Origin: Lama guanicoe
Taxonomy: Eukaryota
DNA length: 64,000 nt
NCBI GenBank assembly: GCA_013239625.1
Contig: MU053588.1
Location: 831,988-895,987 of the forward strand
Reading direction: 5' to 3'
Positions within the stretch are counted from its first letter, which is position 1, and every line of letters begins with the position of its first letter. Both the position numbers and the translations under genes were made by a program. Positions 38,320-48,579 of this stretch are shown here, piece after piece. The notes beneath the pieces were generated by a model, which had not been told where the DNA came from, did no database searches, and saw only the letters and a list, made by a program, of their open reading frames with translations.

Positions 38320-40395
38320 CGGGAGAGGCTGCTGCCCCACCCCTCCGCCCGGGCGGGCCGTGGGCTCCTGCTCTCCTGTCCCTCAGCCCAGCCTCTGGTT
38401 GCAGGCGTGACTGAGATCATCCAGCCAGGGCCCCACCGCCCTCCCAAGGACATGGAAACCAGGGTGGCAGTGGGACCTGAGGGAGCCTCCCTGGGGCTGT
38501 GAGCTGGGGTCTGCTCGTGGTCCTTGAACCCCAGGAGGCGACACAGTCTCTCAGGCCTCCCTCTGAGCTGCCTACCTGTGGTCCCTGGAGGCTGGGCCGT
38601 GCCCACACCGCCCCCCCAGGGGGGCTACCCTGCCATCCCGTCTAGCCTCTTCCTAGGACCAAGCCATCCTACAGGAAACTGTAGGAAGGGGATGGAGGGC
38701 AGGAGTGAGTCTCCAGACCTCATGGCTCCAGGAGTTCACAAACCAGGTTTCTTCACCACGTACAACAGCATCTGGGCTTGTGGGGCCAAGACCCCTGCAT
38801 GAAAAATCACAGTGGGAGACGGCCCATTATTGCCTCGCACCCCGGAGAGCTGAGGGCCGGTGTGGATGCGGGCCAGGGCTCTCGGTCCCTGGTGCACTGG
38901 CTCCAAAAAGCATGGACGTTGTCCCCTCCCAACCCTATCCTCCAAAAAGCAACCAGGAGCACTTTCTTAGAGTTTCAGTTATTTTCTTGGGGGGGTCCCA
39001 GTCTGGAGAGAGGAAACCCCAGCATCCAGAGTCAAATTCTTTGAGGGGAAGCTATTTGCACACTTGGGACCATTTCTACGCCTATTCTATCAGTTCCTTG
39101 GCTGCCAGAGGCCTCAGGGCCTGGGCCCCTCCACCTTCGAGCTACTGACCCGGCCAGGCCGTCCCCTCCTCCCCGGCTCCGCCAGCCCTGACCACGACCA
39201 CACAGCCCCGGCCTCTTCCAGGCACCAGGAGGGGCTCCACAGAGCCCTCAGGCCGGGGCTGGAGAGAAACAGCCTTCATCTCTTCTCTGCTTTTTTCCCT
39301 TTGCAAGAGCCTCTCGGCCCATCCCGCAGGCCCCACCGCAGCGGCGACATCGGACACCCTCACCGTGCTCCCCGGGGAGCACTTGGCTGTGCAAACCCCC
39401 ACAAGACGCTGGTTCTCTAAAGGCAATAAGGGGGCGGCTCTCCAGGCAGCCAAGCCGGTGTGGTACTATGCTGTTCACCCAGGAAATAGTTTCTTTTTTT
39501 CCTTTAAAAACAAACAAAAGTATATATATATATATATATTTATTTTTTCATGTAGAGTTGCGCCAGAATAAGCCTGTGTGGCCACAATCTGTGGATTCCC
39601 CCGACCTCAAGCTGAGGACCGAGGCGCGTCCCCCTGTGGGCCGGAGCTTAGTGGGTGGACTTGGAGGGACAAAGGTGGCTGGGGGAGGGAGGGCCTCAGA
39701 GCAGCACACTCGGCTGGGGCCAGCTCTATCCAGAGACCCTGCCACCTTCTCCGCCTTCTCTCTGCGGCCAGAAACCAAAGGGAGGGAGACTCTGGGGACC
39801 TCACAGAACCCAGGCATTTGGGGAGCAAAAGAAAAGGACCTTCATCGCGCCTCCCTGCATCAGCCTCTGGCCCCTCTCCCCACTGCCGTCTCCTCTTCCT
39901 CACTGTGGTGTGAGGCGGTGGCTGTGAGGGGGGCCTGCCGTGTCCTCAGCCCTGGCCAACTACTGTGATGTCTCTGCCCCTCTTCCCGGATCCCTTTTTG
40001 GAAGGTTCTCCAGGACCACCCACCTGCCCCCTTCCCTCAGACCCTAACCTGGAGCCCACCCTCCCCCACCCTTTTTTTAAGTTGTCTCCTCATCTCTTCA
40101 GATCATTCGAATCATTTTGGGGACCTAATCATGTACATGGACCAGTGTAAATTATGATTTTTGGTTTTGTTTTCTGTTATTTTTTTAAGGACCTCAGCGA
40201 AGCAAATCTATTTAATTTGAGTTTGGTGTTCTATCTGATGGCTGAAGATAGCAGGGTTTTTTTTTCTTCATATGTTGATTTGTTTCATTTGGATTTTTTT
40301 ATTCTTTATTGTCTCCCCCGCCCCTCATCCCTGTCTTGAGATTGTCTGGCATGTTTCTGGAGGTTTCAAAGGAAATAAATGTTTCATAGAAGTGG
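38320..40395 (+). other. SIPA1L3: SIPA1L3 3'UTR (about 2.1 kb)
   Basis: Runs from the stop codon to AATAAA at 40374; U-rich distal part; end approximate. Confidence 0.75.
40374..40379 (+). terminator. SIPA1L3 polyadenylation signal AATAAA
   Basis: Canonical hexamer after a U-rich upstream region, followed by GU-rich gtggcttgtgtgtt. Confidence 0.8.
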
Positions 40396-42521
40396 CTTGT
40401 GTGTTCACTAGCTGAGCAGCTGCCTGGAGTCCCTGACGAGAGGGTGTGGTCCAGCATTAGCCCCTCCTCCTGTCCCCCTGGTCCCAGACACTGTCGTGGC
40501 CAACACACACACACACACACACAGACATTTCCCTAAGAACCAGGGAACATCAGCCTCACAAACTTCTTTTTCTCGAAACCCAAATGACAGAAATCCAGCA
40601 CTCTGTAAGAATTTGTTAAGTTGGAAAGAGAAAGCTGTACCTCAGAAGTCATACATTGGAGGACTGAAAGCCGGCCCCGGCCCACAGAGTTGTGTTAGTT
40701 TTAGAATTAATGGTCAACTTTTTAAAATCTGGAGATGGTACAGAAAGAAATCTGGATTAGGAGCTTGGTGACTCTGTCCTCTGCAGCAAGACTCAGAACT
40801 GAGGGCCCCTGCCTCCTCCAGTGGGCCGTGCCCCAGGCCACGCCCTCCCCAGCGCTGGCGCATTGACACCCCCCTCCTCGATGGGAGTAGGCCTCCCTCT
40901 GCCAGTCATCTAAATGGTGGTTTGGGGTGGAGAGCAGCCCCTGCTTCCAGACCAGGGCTGGGGAGGTGGAGGTGTCTCAGAAAGATACTGACACATCCGG
41001 ACCTCAGCCCTGGGCCAGGCCTTCCTCTTGGGGCTCTCCTCTCTGGGGAAGGGTCTTAAGACTCCTGGCCCCAGGTCTGTGGCTGCCCTGGTGAACACTT
41101 GCCATTTGACCTGAGGATCAGGGTCAAACTTACTTTCCAAATCTCAAAATTCCACGTGGAACTCCATGTGAAAATCCCAAGGTCTGGCCTCTTGTGGGAA
41201 GTCTAGGTCCAGCTCCGCCTGGATCTGAGAAGCAGGACCCCGTGGCTGGGCCTTTCAAACCCACCAACTCATTTTACCTGTGACTGAGTTTACTGTTTAT
41301 GAGCTCAAACCTCATGCTTCTCTGACCCAGACCCTCCCCTCCTGTCAAAAAAAAAAAAAAGCTTTTTCCAAAAGGGGTATATATCCTTTTTCCAGAGGAG
41401 GTGGACCAGCTATTTCCACATCTCCTAAAAATTCTAGAGTGTTCCAGACATTCTCCCTGTCTCCACCCTCCTCGAGGCCCCATCTTCAACCCTTGCTGCC
41501 CTCCCCCCACCAGCACAGAAACGGCAGAACAAGCTGTTCTCACATCCTCTCCTGGCGCCTGTGACACACACCGACTTCCAACACCCTACAGCCCGCGCAC
41601 GCCAGCCTGTGCTCTTGCCCGAACTGTGCCCTGCTCATCCCTTCCCCATCTTGCCCCAGTTTTCCACGTCCTCTGCCTTGTCCCCTTCCTCCCCTGTGTC
41701 TCTTTCTGCCCCCCCACCCCAACACTGGCTCTCTCCTCACCCAGGCTCTGAATCCCTTCATACCTTTGGCTCTCTCCAGATTTTTCTGTTGTCTCCCTAA
41801 ATTCTTTGTGTCCTCTCCCCTGAAGTCTCAGCTCTGTGTCATTATCCTGGGACTTTGCCTGTCCTGGATCCTAACTAAATCCCTCTCCCCAAATGTGCCC
41901 CCCTCTAATTCTCTCTTCCTCTCTCCTATGTTGTTTGCCCTGGTTCTCTGCCTCCCCTCATGGAATCTCTTCTGCTTCTATCTCCAAATCACTGTCAGTT
42001 TCTTCCTTTTCCGTCTCCCCCTATGTGTCTGCTATTTTTTCTTACTATGATTTCCTCTCCCACTAAATCTCCATCTCTTCTGCCCTCTTCCCCCATAATT
42101 CCTGACTCTCTTCATCTACATCTCTCTCCAGATCTATTTCTTTTCCCTCTTCTGCTTGCTTCTCTTTTTTTGATTCTCTGTAAATGTGGGACTCTCATAT
42201 CTGCCTCTCTCCTGACTGCTCCTGTGTCCTGTTTCTCACTCCTCACCCCACTTCACCCCTATCTGGCTTTCTCCTAATGCCCTGGACCCATCTCTTTCTC
42301 TCCTTTTTACCTTCCCCTCTGCCCTTGGCCCCACATCCTGTATAGGGAGCTCCAGGAGATGTCTGGGCCGAGGATGAAGCTCCTGGCACCCCTGCTCCCT
42401 ACCGTAGCCCCAGGAGGGGAGGGGCCAGCTCACAGTCTTCATCTTTCCATCCCCTCCCTTCCCCCAGTCCCCAGCTTCCCGCCTCCCTTCTCACTGCTTC
42501 CCGCTGCAGCTGCAGCAGTCC

Positions 42522-42535
42522 GTTGCCAGGGCAAC
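42522..42535. promoter_or_regulatory. RFX X-box GTTGCCAGGGCAAC downstream of the DPF1 poly(A) site
   Basis: 13/14 match to the X-box consensus. Confidence 0.6.
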
Positions 42536-42769
42536 CACAGCTGGCTGGGTGGGAGCCCCCTCCACCCCATCCCCCCCCTTCTCCTTTCCAGCGAGGCAGG
42601 GAGGAGCTGGGACAAAGCCAGAGAAAGGCGGGGTGCAGGGGGAGCTGGAGGGAGATGGAGGTAGGGGACAGCTCCAGCTGTTAACCTCAGTTGCTTTTCC
42701 CCCAGTGAGGCCCTGTCTCTCCTTCTTGGTGACACCCTAAACCAGCCTAGAGAATGAGGCAGACGTGGG

Positions 42770-43807
42770 CAGAGGGGTCAGGCCCAGTTTAATACACAGA
42801 ACAAGTTAATTCACAGCAGAGGCAGGCAATAAAGGAGACTCGTTTGCAAGGAGGGGCACGCCTGGATTGGGGGAGACCCCCCCAAACCCACCACCTCCCC
42901 CACTTGCAGTCTCAATTTCCCTTTTTTTTAAAACCCGAACAACAAACACACACAACCACAAGAAACAACCACGCCCCCTCGCTGCCCTGAAAATGGCCAG
43001 CGAGGGTGGCAGGGGGCAGCCCGGCCTGGCCGGTAGGGAATCGGGGCAGGAGGAGGAGGAAAATCTAGTCCTTTGCAGAGTCTGTGCTTCTCATTCCAGC
43101 AGGCGCTGGGCAGGGGCCCGCCTTGCCCCACCGGCGACGGCGACGGCCATGGCAGGCACGGTGGGCAGGGCTCTCAGGGAAGGAGCAGGAACGGAGTTCA
43201 GAACCATGGTTCACATCATGCAGTATCCACGGTGGGCGCCAAGAGGGGTCAAGGGGTGGACACCACACCCACCTGCCCCGGGCACCGGGGGCATGGTGCC
43301 CACCTTGGGTGGGGAGGTGGGACTGGTGGGGAGGGGCCACCAGGCGGGAAGCTGGCAGACTGGTGCCCAGTAGATGCGCTCAGCAGTGCCCCCCACCCCG
43401 CACCCAGCCAGGCCTTATAGGACTCTTTGTATATATTAATTTCTTTTTTTTTTTAGCTTTTTGATTTTTTTCTTTAGAAAAAGGTTGTGTCTGTGTCCCC
43501 AGCTGGCATCCACCACCCCTCGTGCCCGCCCAGAGGCGGGGTATGGCTTTGAGGGGAGCAGAAGCCCCTGGTGCTCATTTGCCAAGGGGTGGGGAAGGAG
43601 GGAGGAAGGGAGAGGGCCCTGCCGGGCCCCTCAACCCACAGGGCGAACATTCCACTTGCACAGAGGGGAGGGGGTGGCCCAGCCCCATCTCGGGCTCCCC
43701 CTCGCCCCTCCCACTGTGGGGCATTAAGGATGAGGAGAGAGTGGAGGAGCTCCAAGAGGCAGGTAGGCAAGCACCACCCCAGAGGTCCAGGTGAGCCAGA
43801 GCCAGGC
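42770..43807 (-). other. DPF1: DPF1 3'UTR (about 1 kb)
   Basis: Between TAG (43808-43810) and the ATTAAA signal; end approximate. Confidence 0.7.
42788..42793 (-). terminator. DPF1 polyadenylation signal ATTAAA
   Basis: tttaat on + strand, about 1 kb beyond the DPF1 stop, preceded on the - strand by U/GU-rich sequence. Confidence 0.7.
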
Positions 43808-43878
43808 CTAGGTGAGGGTGATGTAGGCAGAGGCCTTCTCTTTCAGGTGCCGAAGACAGAGGTGACAACTCCAGCTCC
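43808..43878 (-). CDS. DPF1: DPF1 exon 12 ([23 protein letters not shown])
   Basis: ccacag acceptor; end of PHD2; TAG. Confidence 0.96.
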
Positions 43879-44026
43879 CTGTGGGGTGGCCGGGGGACAG
43901 GGAGTTAGGCCCAGGTCTGGGGAGGGCTGCCTCAACCCCCTCCCACCCGTGGCCACAATCTTCTGCAGCAGGAAGACCAGTTTCCAACACCCCCCACCCC
44001 TGTGTCATACCCTCCTCTCCTCTCAC

Positions 44027-44108
44027 CTTCCGGGGGCTCGGCCATGGGGGGACTCAGGCAGTACATGTGGTAACCCCGATCGCAGTCGTCACAAAACAGC
44101 AGCTGGTC
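44027..44108 (-). CDS. DPF1: DPF1 exon 11 ([27 protein letters not shown]), with alternative acceptor at 44138
   Basis: PHD2 core; ccccag acceptor, g|gtgaga donor. Confidence 0.96.
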
Positions 44109-44693
44109 CTGGGGGGTGAGACCCGCCCAGCTGGCTCTCTGGGGGCACGGCGGAAAAAAAAAGGGGGGCGGGGGCAGGGGCCAGGTCAAAGGGGCTAGGG
44201 GCGGTGGTCCCTTCCAAAGACAAAGGGCTCGGAGAAGGTCATCTTTGCAAAACTCTGCTGGGCTGAGCAAAACCCCCCTGAGAGACTGTCAGTTTGCAGT
44301 TTGTAGTTTGGGTTTAATAAGATTCTGTGGGACCCTTAAAATGACACTGTGATGGCCTGGCAGCAGTGAACATGGGTTTGGGTCCCAGCTGTGCCATTTT
44401 CCTAGTTGGGTGGCCTCAGGCAAGTCTATCCCCCTCTCTGAGTTCAGTTTCTTCTCTGTGAAGTGGGAACAAGAGCGCCTACCTCAGGGCAGTCGGGAGG
44501 AGCCAGAGAGTGAAGAGCATTAAGTGCCGGGCTCAGTTAATGGACACGAGCAATACTAATTTTACAGGGGACTAGTGTTCACGGGGCGGTGGGGGGCCTC
44601 CAGGGAAAGACTTTAGGCCCAACTGGCAAAGGCAGAGGTGCCAGGTGGGGCATCCACCTAGGGGCGTGTCCCAGGGAGGGGGAGGGCACTCAC

Positions 44694-44806
44694 GTCGTTC
44701 TCCGAGGTGCCACACAGGCTGCAGGACTTGCACTCGATGCACTGCCAGCGGTAGGTCCGCACGGCCGCCGTCATGTTCACCGTGAACTGTAAACACGAGG
44801 GGTGTC
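44694..44806 (-). CDS. DPF1: DPF1 exon 10 ([38 protein letters not shown])
   Basis: PHD1/PHD2 of the double PHD finger; cccccag acceptor and gtgagt donor. Confidence 0.97.
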
Positions 44807-44924
44807 CTGGGGGCCGAGGGGCAGGGATGCGGTTAGGGGTCTTCGTGCCCCTGGTGGCCACTGACTCCTGGGGAAGAAACTGCACAGCCCCCCATCCCTG
44901 GCTCACAAGGCCTGTGAGCTGCTG

Positions 44925-45720
44925 TGGCCCATGGCCTGACCCTGCCCAGCCCACAGTGCCCAGCACCCGTCCGGCAGGCAGCGCCGCCATGGCCACCAGT
45001 CTCCTGCCCAGCCACCATGGCAACCGCACTCTGCTCCCCAGAACACCATGGCAACCGCATTCCATTACCCACAGTGCTGTGGCAACCACTTTCTACCACC
45101 CACAACACCGGGCAGCCACATTCTGTTAACCGCTGTGCTGAGGCAGCCACATTCCATTACCCACAGCAGAATGGCCAACCGGTTCTGTTAACCGCAGTAA
45201 CGTGGCAACCACAGTCTCCTAGCCACGACGCCATGGCTGCCACTTTCCACCGAGGGGTCCCCGCACCCCCCGGCAACCCAAGCCTATTGCACACGCTGCC
45301 CCAGCAACCACAGTTACCAACAGGTTTGCACAATGTGCCAACCCTACTGGTCAGCCCACCACCCAGTGCAGACGCCCAGCCATTACCCCAGGCCACTAGG
45401 GCTCCCTTCCGCTACACCCAATCTCCATGACAATGGTGTTTCACTACACATAATACCGTGACAACCACAATTCATTAGCCATCATGCTGAGATGACCACA
45501 GTCTACTGCCCACAAGTCCACGTTGGGAAACCACATTCTATTAACCACAACCCCATGGCCAGCACCCTGTTATCCACAGCACCCAGGCAGCGGCAATCTA
45601 TTACTATCACAACCCACTACGCACAATGTCTTAGCAACCATCTCTCACTGGTCCCCACTATGTGATAAGCACATACCAGTACCCGAAATGCCATGCCAAC
45701 CACATCCCATTATTCCCAGA
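44925..45720. repeat. Degenerate ~31-bp minisatellite with a CCATGGCAACC core in DPF1 intron 9
   Basis: Core starts at 45019, 45050, 45081, 45111, 45142, 45173, 45204, 45235, then 45272, 45303, 45428, 45459, 45526, 45557 and others. Confidence 0.85.
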
Positions 45721-45898
45721 GCCTCCCTGACCCCACTCAGTTTCCCACAATACTCAGCGGTTGAGTCTGGTTATCCTCAGTCCCCTGGGATGCTCTGCAT
45801 CCCTCTCAGTCCTCACTCCTCTGCTTCCTATCCTCCACATCTGGGTTCCAGGAATCCTCTCCACCCTGGCCCCCAGAAACTTCAGGTGGAGGCATCAC

Positions 45899-46018
45899 CT
45901 GATCGCCCACAGTCAGCACAGGAGATGAGGTCCTCGGGACACCCCGTCTTCTTGGAGCCACCCAGACAGAAGTCACAGTAGCCATTGGGGATGACAGTAC
46001 CGTCAGGAGCCTTCTTGG
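45899..46018 (-). CDS. DPF1: DPF1 exon 9 ([40 protein letters not shown])
   Basis: PHD1 start YCDFC; ttgcag acceptor and gtgatg donor; 120 nt. Confidence 0.96.
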
Positions 46019-46108
46019 CTGCAAGACAGTAGGCAGGGGTTGGCGTGGGCAGGCGGGTACTCAGTCAAAGGCTGCTGTGGAGGTAGGGGCGGAGGGAGGC
46101 GTCCCTAC

Positions 46109-46159
46109 CTGTGTGTTTCCTCTGTGCCTCAGGGACCCAGGCCAATTCTTTGTAAAATT
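46109..46159 (-). CDS. DPF1: DPF1 exon 8 (QFYKELAWVPEAQRKHT)
   Basis: ctcccag acceptor and gtaggg donor; 51 nt, phase 1-1. Confidence 0.93.
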
Positions 46160-46904
46160 CTGGGAGTGGGGGACAGAGAGAGGGGCTCTCACCATAGGCA
46201 AGGCTCTCACCATAGGCAAGGTTCCACCCTGCCCCCAGTCTCAGCCCCAGGGGTGGACCCCTTGTCCAGGTGTGGACGGGGTGGGGAGAGGGAGTAGCTA
46301 CCCCAAAATGTGGGCAGTAGCAAAAGAGAGTTGGAGGAGCCCAAATAATTCTCATCAGGAACCCACCAACTCTTTGAGCACAACTGATATGTCCTCTTTA
46401 TTAGGTGAAAACTTGGCAGATACAGCTTTAGGAAGAGCCCCCAGCTTCCCCACTCATACACACTTCTACCACACTGCCACCCCCAATGAAGCCCTGTCTA
46501 AATAAAAATTAGGTAGATACCACTGGCCAAGATCGGGTATGGAGACAGACACTCAGAAGGAAAATTCTGAACACAGAGGTGCCTGGGTGTGTAGTGGGAA
46601 TGGGATAAAGAGACTGCCCTCTTCTGCCAAGGGGTGGGTGGGGAGATGGTTTCTCCACTGGCAGAGGCTCCCCACAGCCTCCCCCAATCCCTCAGCTGTC
46701 TGGGTTGGCATGGGATTGGCATGGGTAGAAGCCAAGGGTTCCCAGGCCACGGACCCTGCCCCTCAGCCAAAGCTTAGAGAAGGGAGAAAGGGAGGCAGGG
46801 AGAGAGGGGAGTCATCTATCACCCCCCTCCCCAAGCTCTAATTGAAACAATAAATCAGACCCAGAAATATTACGCCCGGCCGGGAGCGAGGGAGAGAGAT
46901 GGTT

Positions 46905-46920
46905 GGTTGCCATGGCAACC
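46905..46920. promoter_or_regulatory. Perfect RFX X-box palindrome GGTTGCCATGGCAACC in DPF1 intron 7
   Basis: Exact match to the GTTGCCATGGCAAC RFX consensus. Confidence 0.75.
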
Positions 46921-47069
46921 CCAGAGCCAGCATCCCCTTGGTTGGTGGGGGGAGGGGACCGCTGAGCTGGAGATTTTCCAGAAATGTCTAACGTGCCCCC
47001 TCCCTCCCAGGCTCCTTAGCCCCCACTCCTAGGGCCCCTCACCACCCCACTCCCTGCCCGCCTGCTCAC

Positions 47070-47201
47070 GTTTATGGTTGTTTTTCCGGTGGAAGGGTAG
47101 GGCGTGGCGTTCAGCATTCTCCTCCCCCTCCTCCTCAGCCAGGTGGGTGTGGGTGTAGTGGTAGCTGAGCCCTGGCCGGTTCTTATACCGTTTCCCACAG
47201 A
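47070..47201 (-). CDS. DPF1: DPF1 exon 7 ([28 protein letters not shown]...NNHK), C2H2 zinc finger
   Basis: ctccag acceptor and gtgagc donor; 132 nt, phase 1-1. Confidence 0.96.
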
Positions 47202-47401
47202 CTGGAGAGTGAGCAGGGAGGGCCAGTCAGCCCTCCCAGCCCATGCTGCCTCCACCCTGGCCTCCAGGATCACACCTCCCCACTCTGCCAGAGGCCTAAG
47301 CATCCCCCCACCAGGATCCAGCACAGGAGGGAGGGAGCCAGGAGGGGAGAGGTCTCTGGGCCCCCTTCTCTCTCTCTTCCCCCCTCTTCAGAAGGACTCA
47401 C

Positions 47402-47480
47402 TATCACAGACATACGGCTTGTCTCGGTCCTCCAGGGAAGCGGTGTCCTGGCGTTTCCGGAGACCTCCGATGCCATATGC
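47402..47480 (-). CDS. DPF1: DPF1 exon 6 ([26 protein letters not shown])
   Basis: cccccag acceptor and gtgagt donor; 79 nt. Confidence 0.95.
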
Positions 47481-47872
47481 CTGGGGGAAGAGTCAGGAGT
47501 GAGAGGCCAAGAAAGGGAAGGAACTGAAAGAATTTTTATCACTTGGGCCTGTAAGTCAAATCGCAGCTCTGCCACTTTCTAGCTGTGGGCCTTGAGAAAC
47601 TCCCTTGACCTCTCCGAGATTCACTTTCCTCATCCATGGCCCAGTGTGAAGACTGTCCTAACCCACTGTACAATCTCTGTTTTGCAAATGGTTTAATATA
47701 CCTGAGCCTCAACTGCCTCGTCTGTAAAATGGGCATAAAAATCCCCTACCCCTTCAGGCTTCCCTGGGGATTAAATGAGGTCACACTGGGGTAGGGACTG
47801 AACGTGGTGCATACCCAATCAGTGGGCCTGCACTGACGGGAGGAGTGATGAGGAGAAACTCAGGAGTGATAC

Positions 47873-47962
47873 CTTTCCTTTGGCCCTGTTCTTCCTCCTG
47901 GGAATGTCATCCTCCAAGTCTTCCACTTCGAGATCATGTGGAAACTCCAGCAGCTGCTGTTT
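47873..47962 (-). CDS. DPF1: DPF1 exon 5 ([30 protein letters not shown])
   Basis: gcccag acceptor and gtatca donor; 90 nt. Confidence 0.95.
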
Positions 47963-48224
47963 CTGGGCATCAAGAGAAAGGAGACTGAGGTCAAGAAAAT
48001 AGGGGCGCTTTTCTGCTTTGTAGGGGGTTGGGGGGCAGAGCGGAGATTAGGGGTGGCAGGGCAAATCAGGAGGTCTTCCAAAAAGAGATGAGGTACAGAA
48101 GGATGGAGCCTTAGGCTGCCCAAAGGCCCTAGGGTGCCAGGGGAGATTTCAGGATGGGAACAGGGTGGACCAGGGCAGGAGGCTGCGGGGAGAGGGCAGC
48201 TGCAGCCCCCGGGGGTGGTTCTAC

Positions 48225-48352
48225 CTGACAGTCCATAATGGTCTCCTCCTCCTTTAGCTCAATCTTCTTCTCCCCCGTCTCTGCGCACAGTAGAGCCTCA
48301 AGGACTGGCCCTTCGGGAAGGCCGCCCTCCTTCTTCAAGGGCACTTCACAGT
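48225..48352 (-). CDS. DPF1: DPF1 exon 4 ([23 protein letters not shown]...IMDCQ)
   Basis: ccccag acceptor and gtagaa donor; 128 nt. Confidence 0.95.
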
Positions 48353-48579
48353 CTGGGGACAAGGCCATGGTGGGGGAAGGGGTCAGGCAGAGAAGTCATC
48401 CCTGGAGGACTCTTCAAACTGCCCAGATTGGGGAACCATGCTCTGTGCTGGAGGGAAGAGGACTTCCCAACCTCAACCAGCAACAAACTCAAAGATTCAA
48501 CCACACATCCTGGAAAAGATGCCTAGACCTTGGGGAAGGCAGAGCCAGACCCTCAGAGCCACTTGAACACACTCAGGGG

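Noticed and set aside
44925..45720. CRISPR-like appearance (constant core plus variable spacers)
   Set aside because: Mammalian intron, no cas genes, core only about 11 bp and degenerate, and the spacers resemble each other; it is a diverged minisatellite
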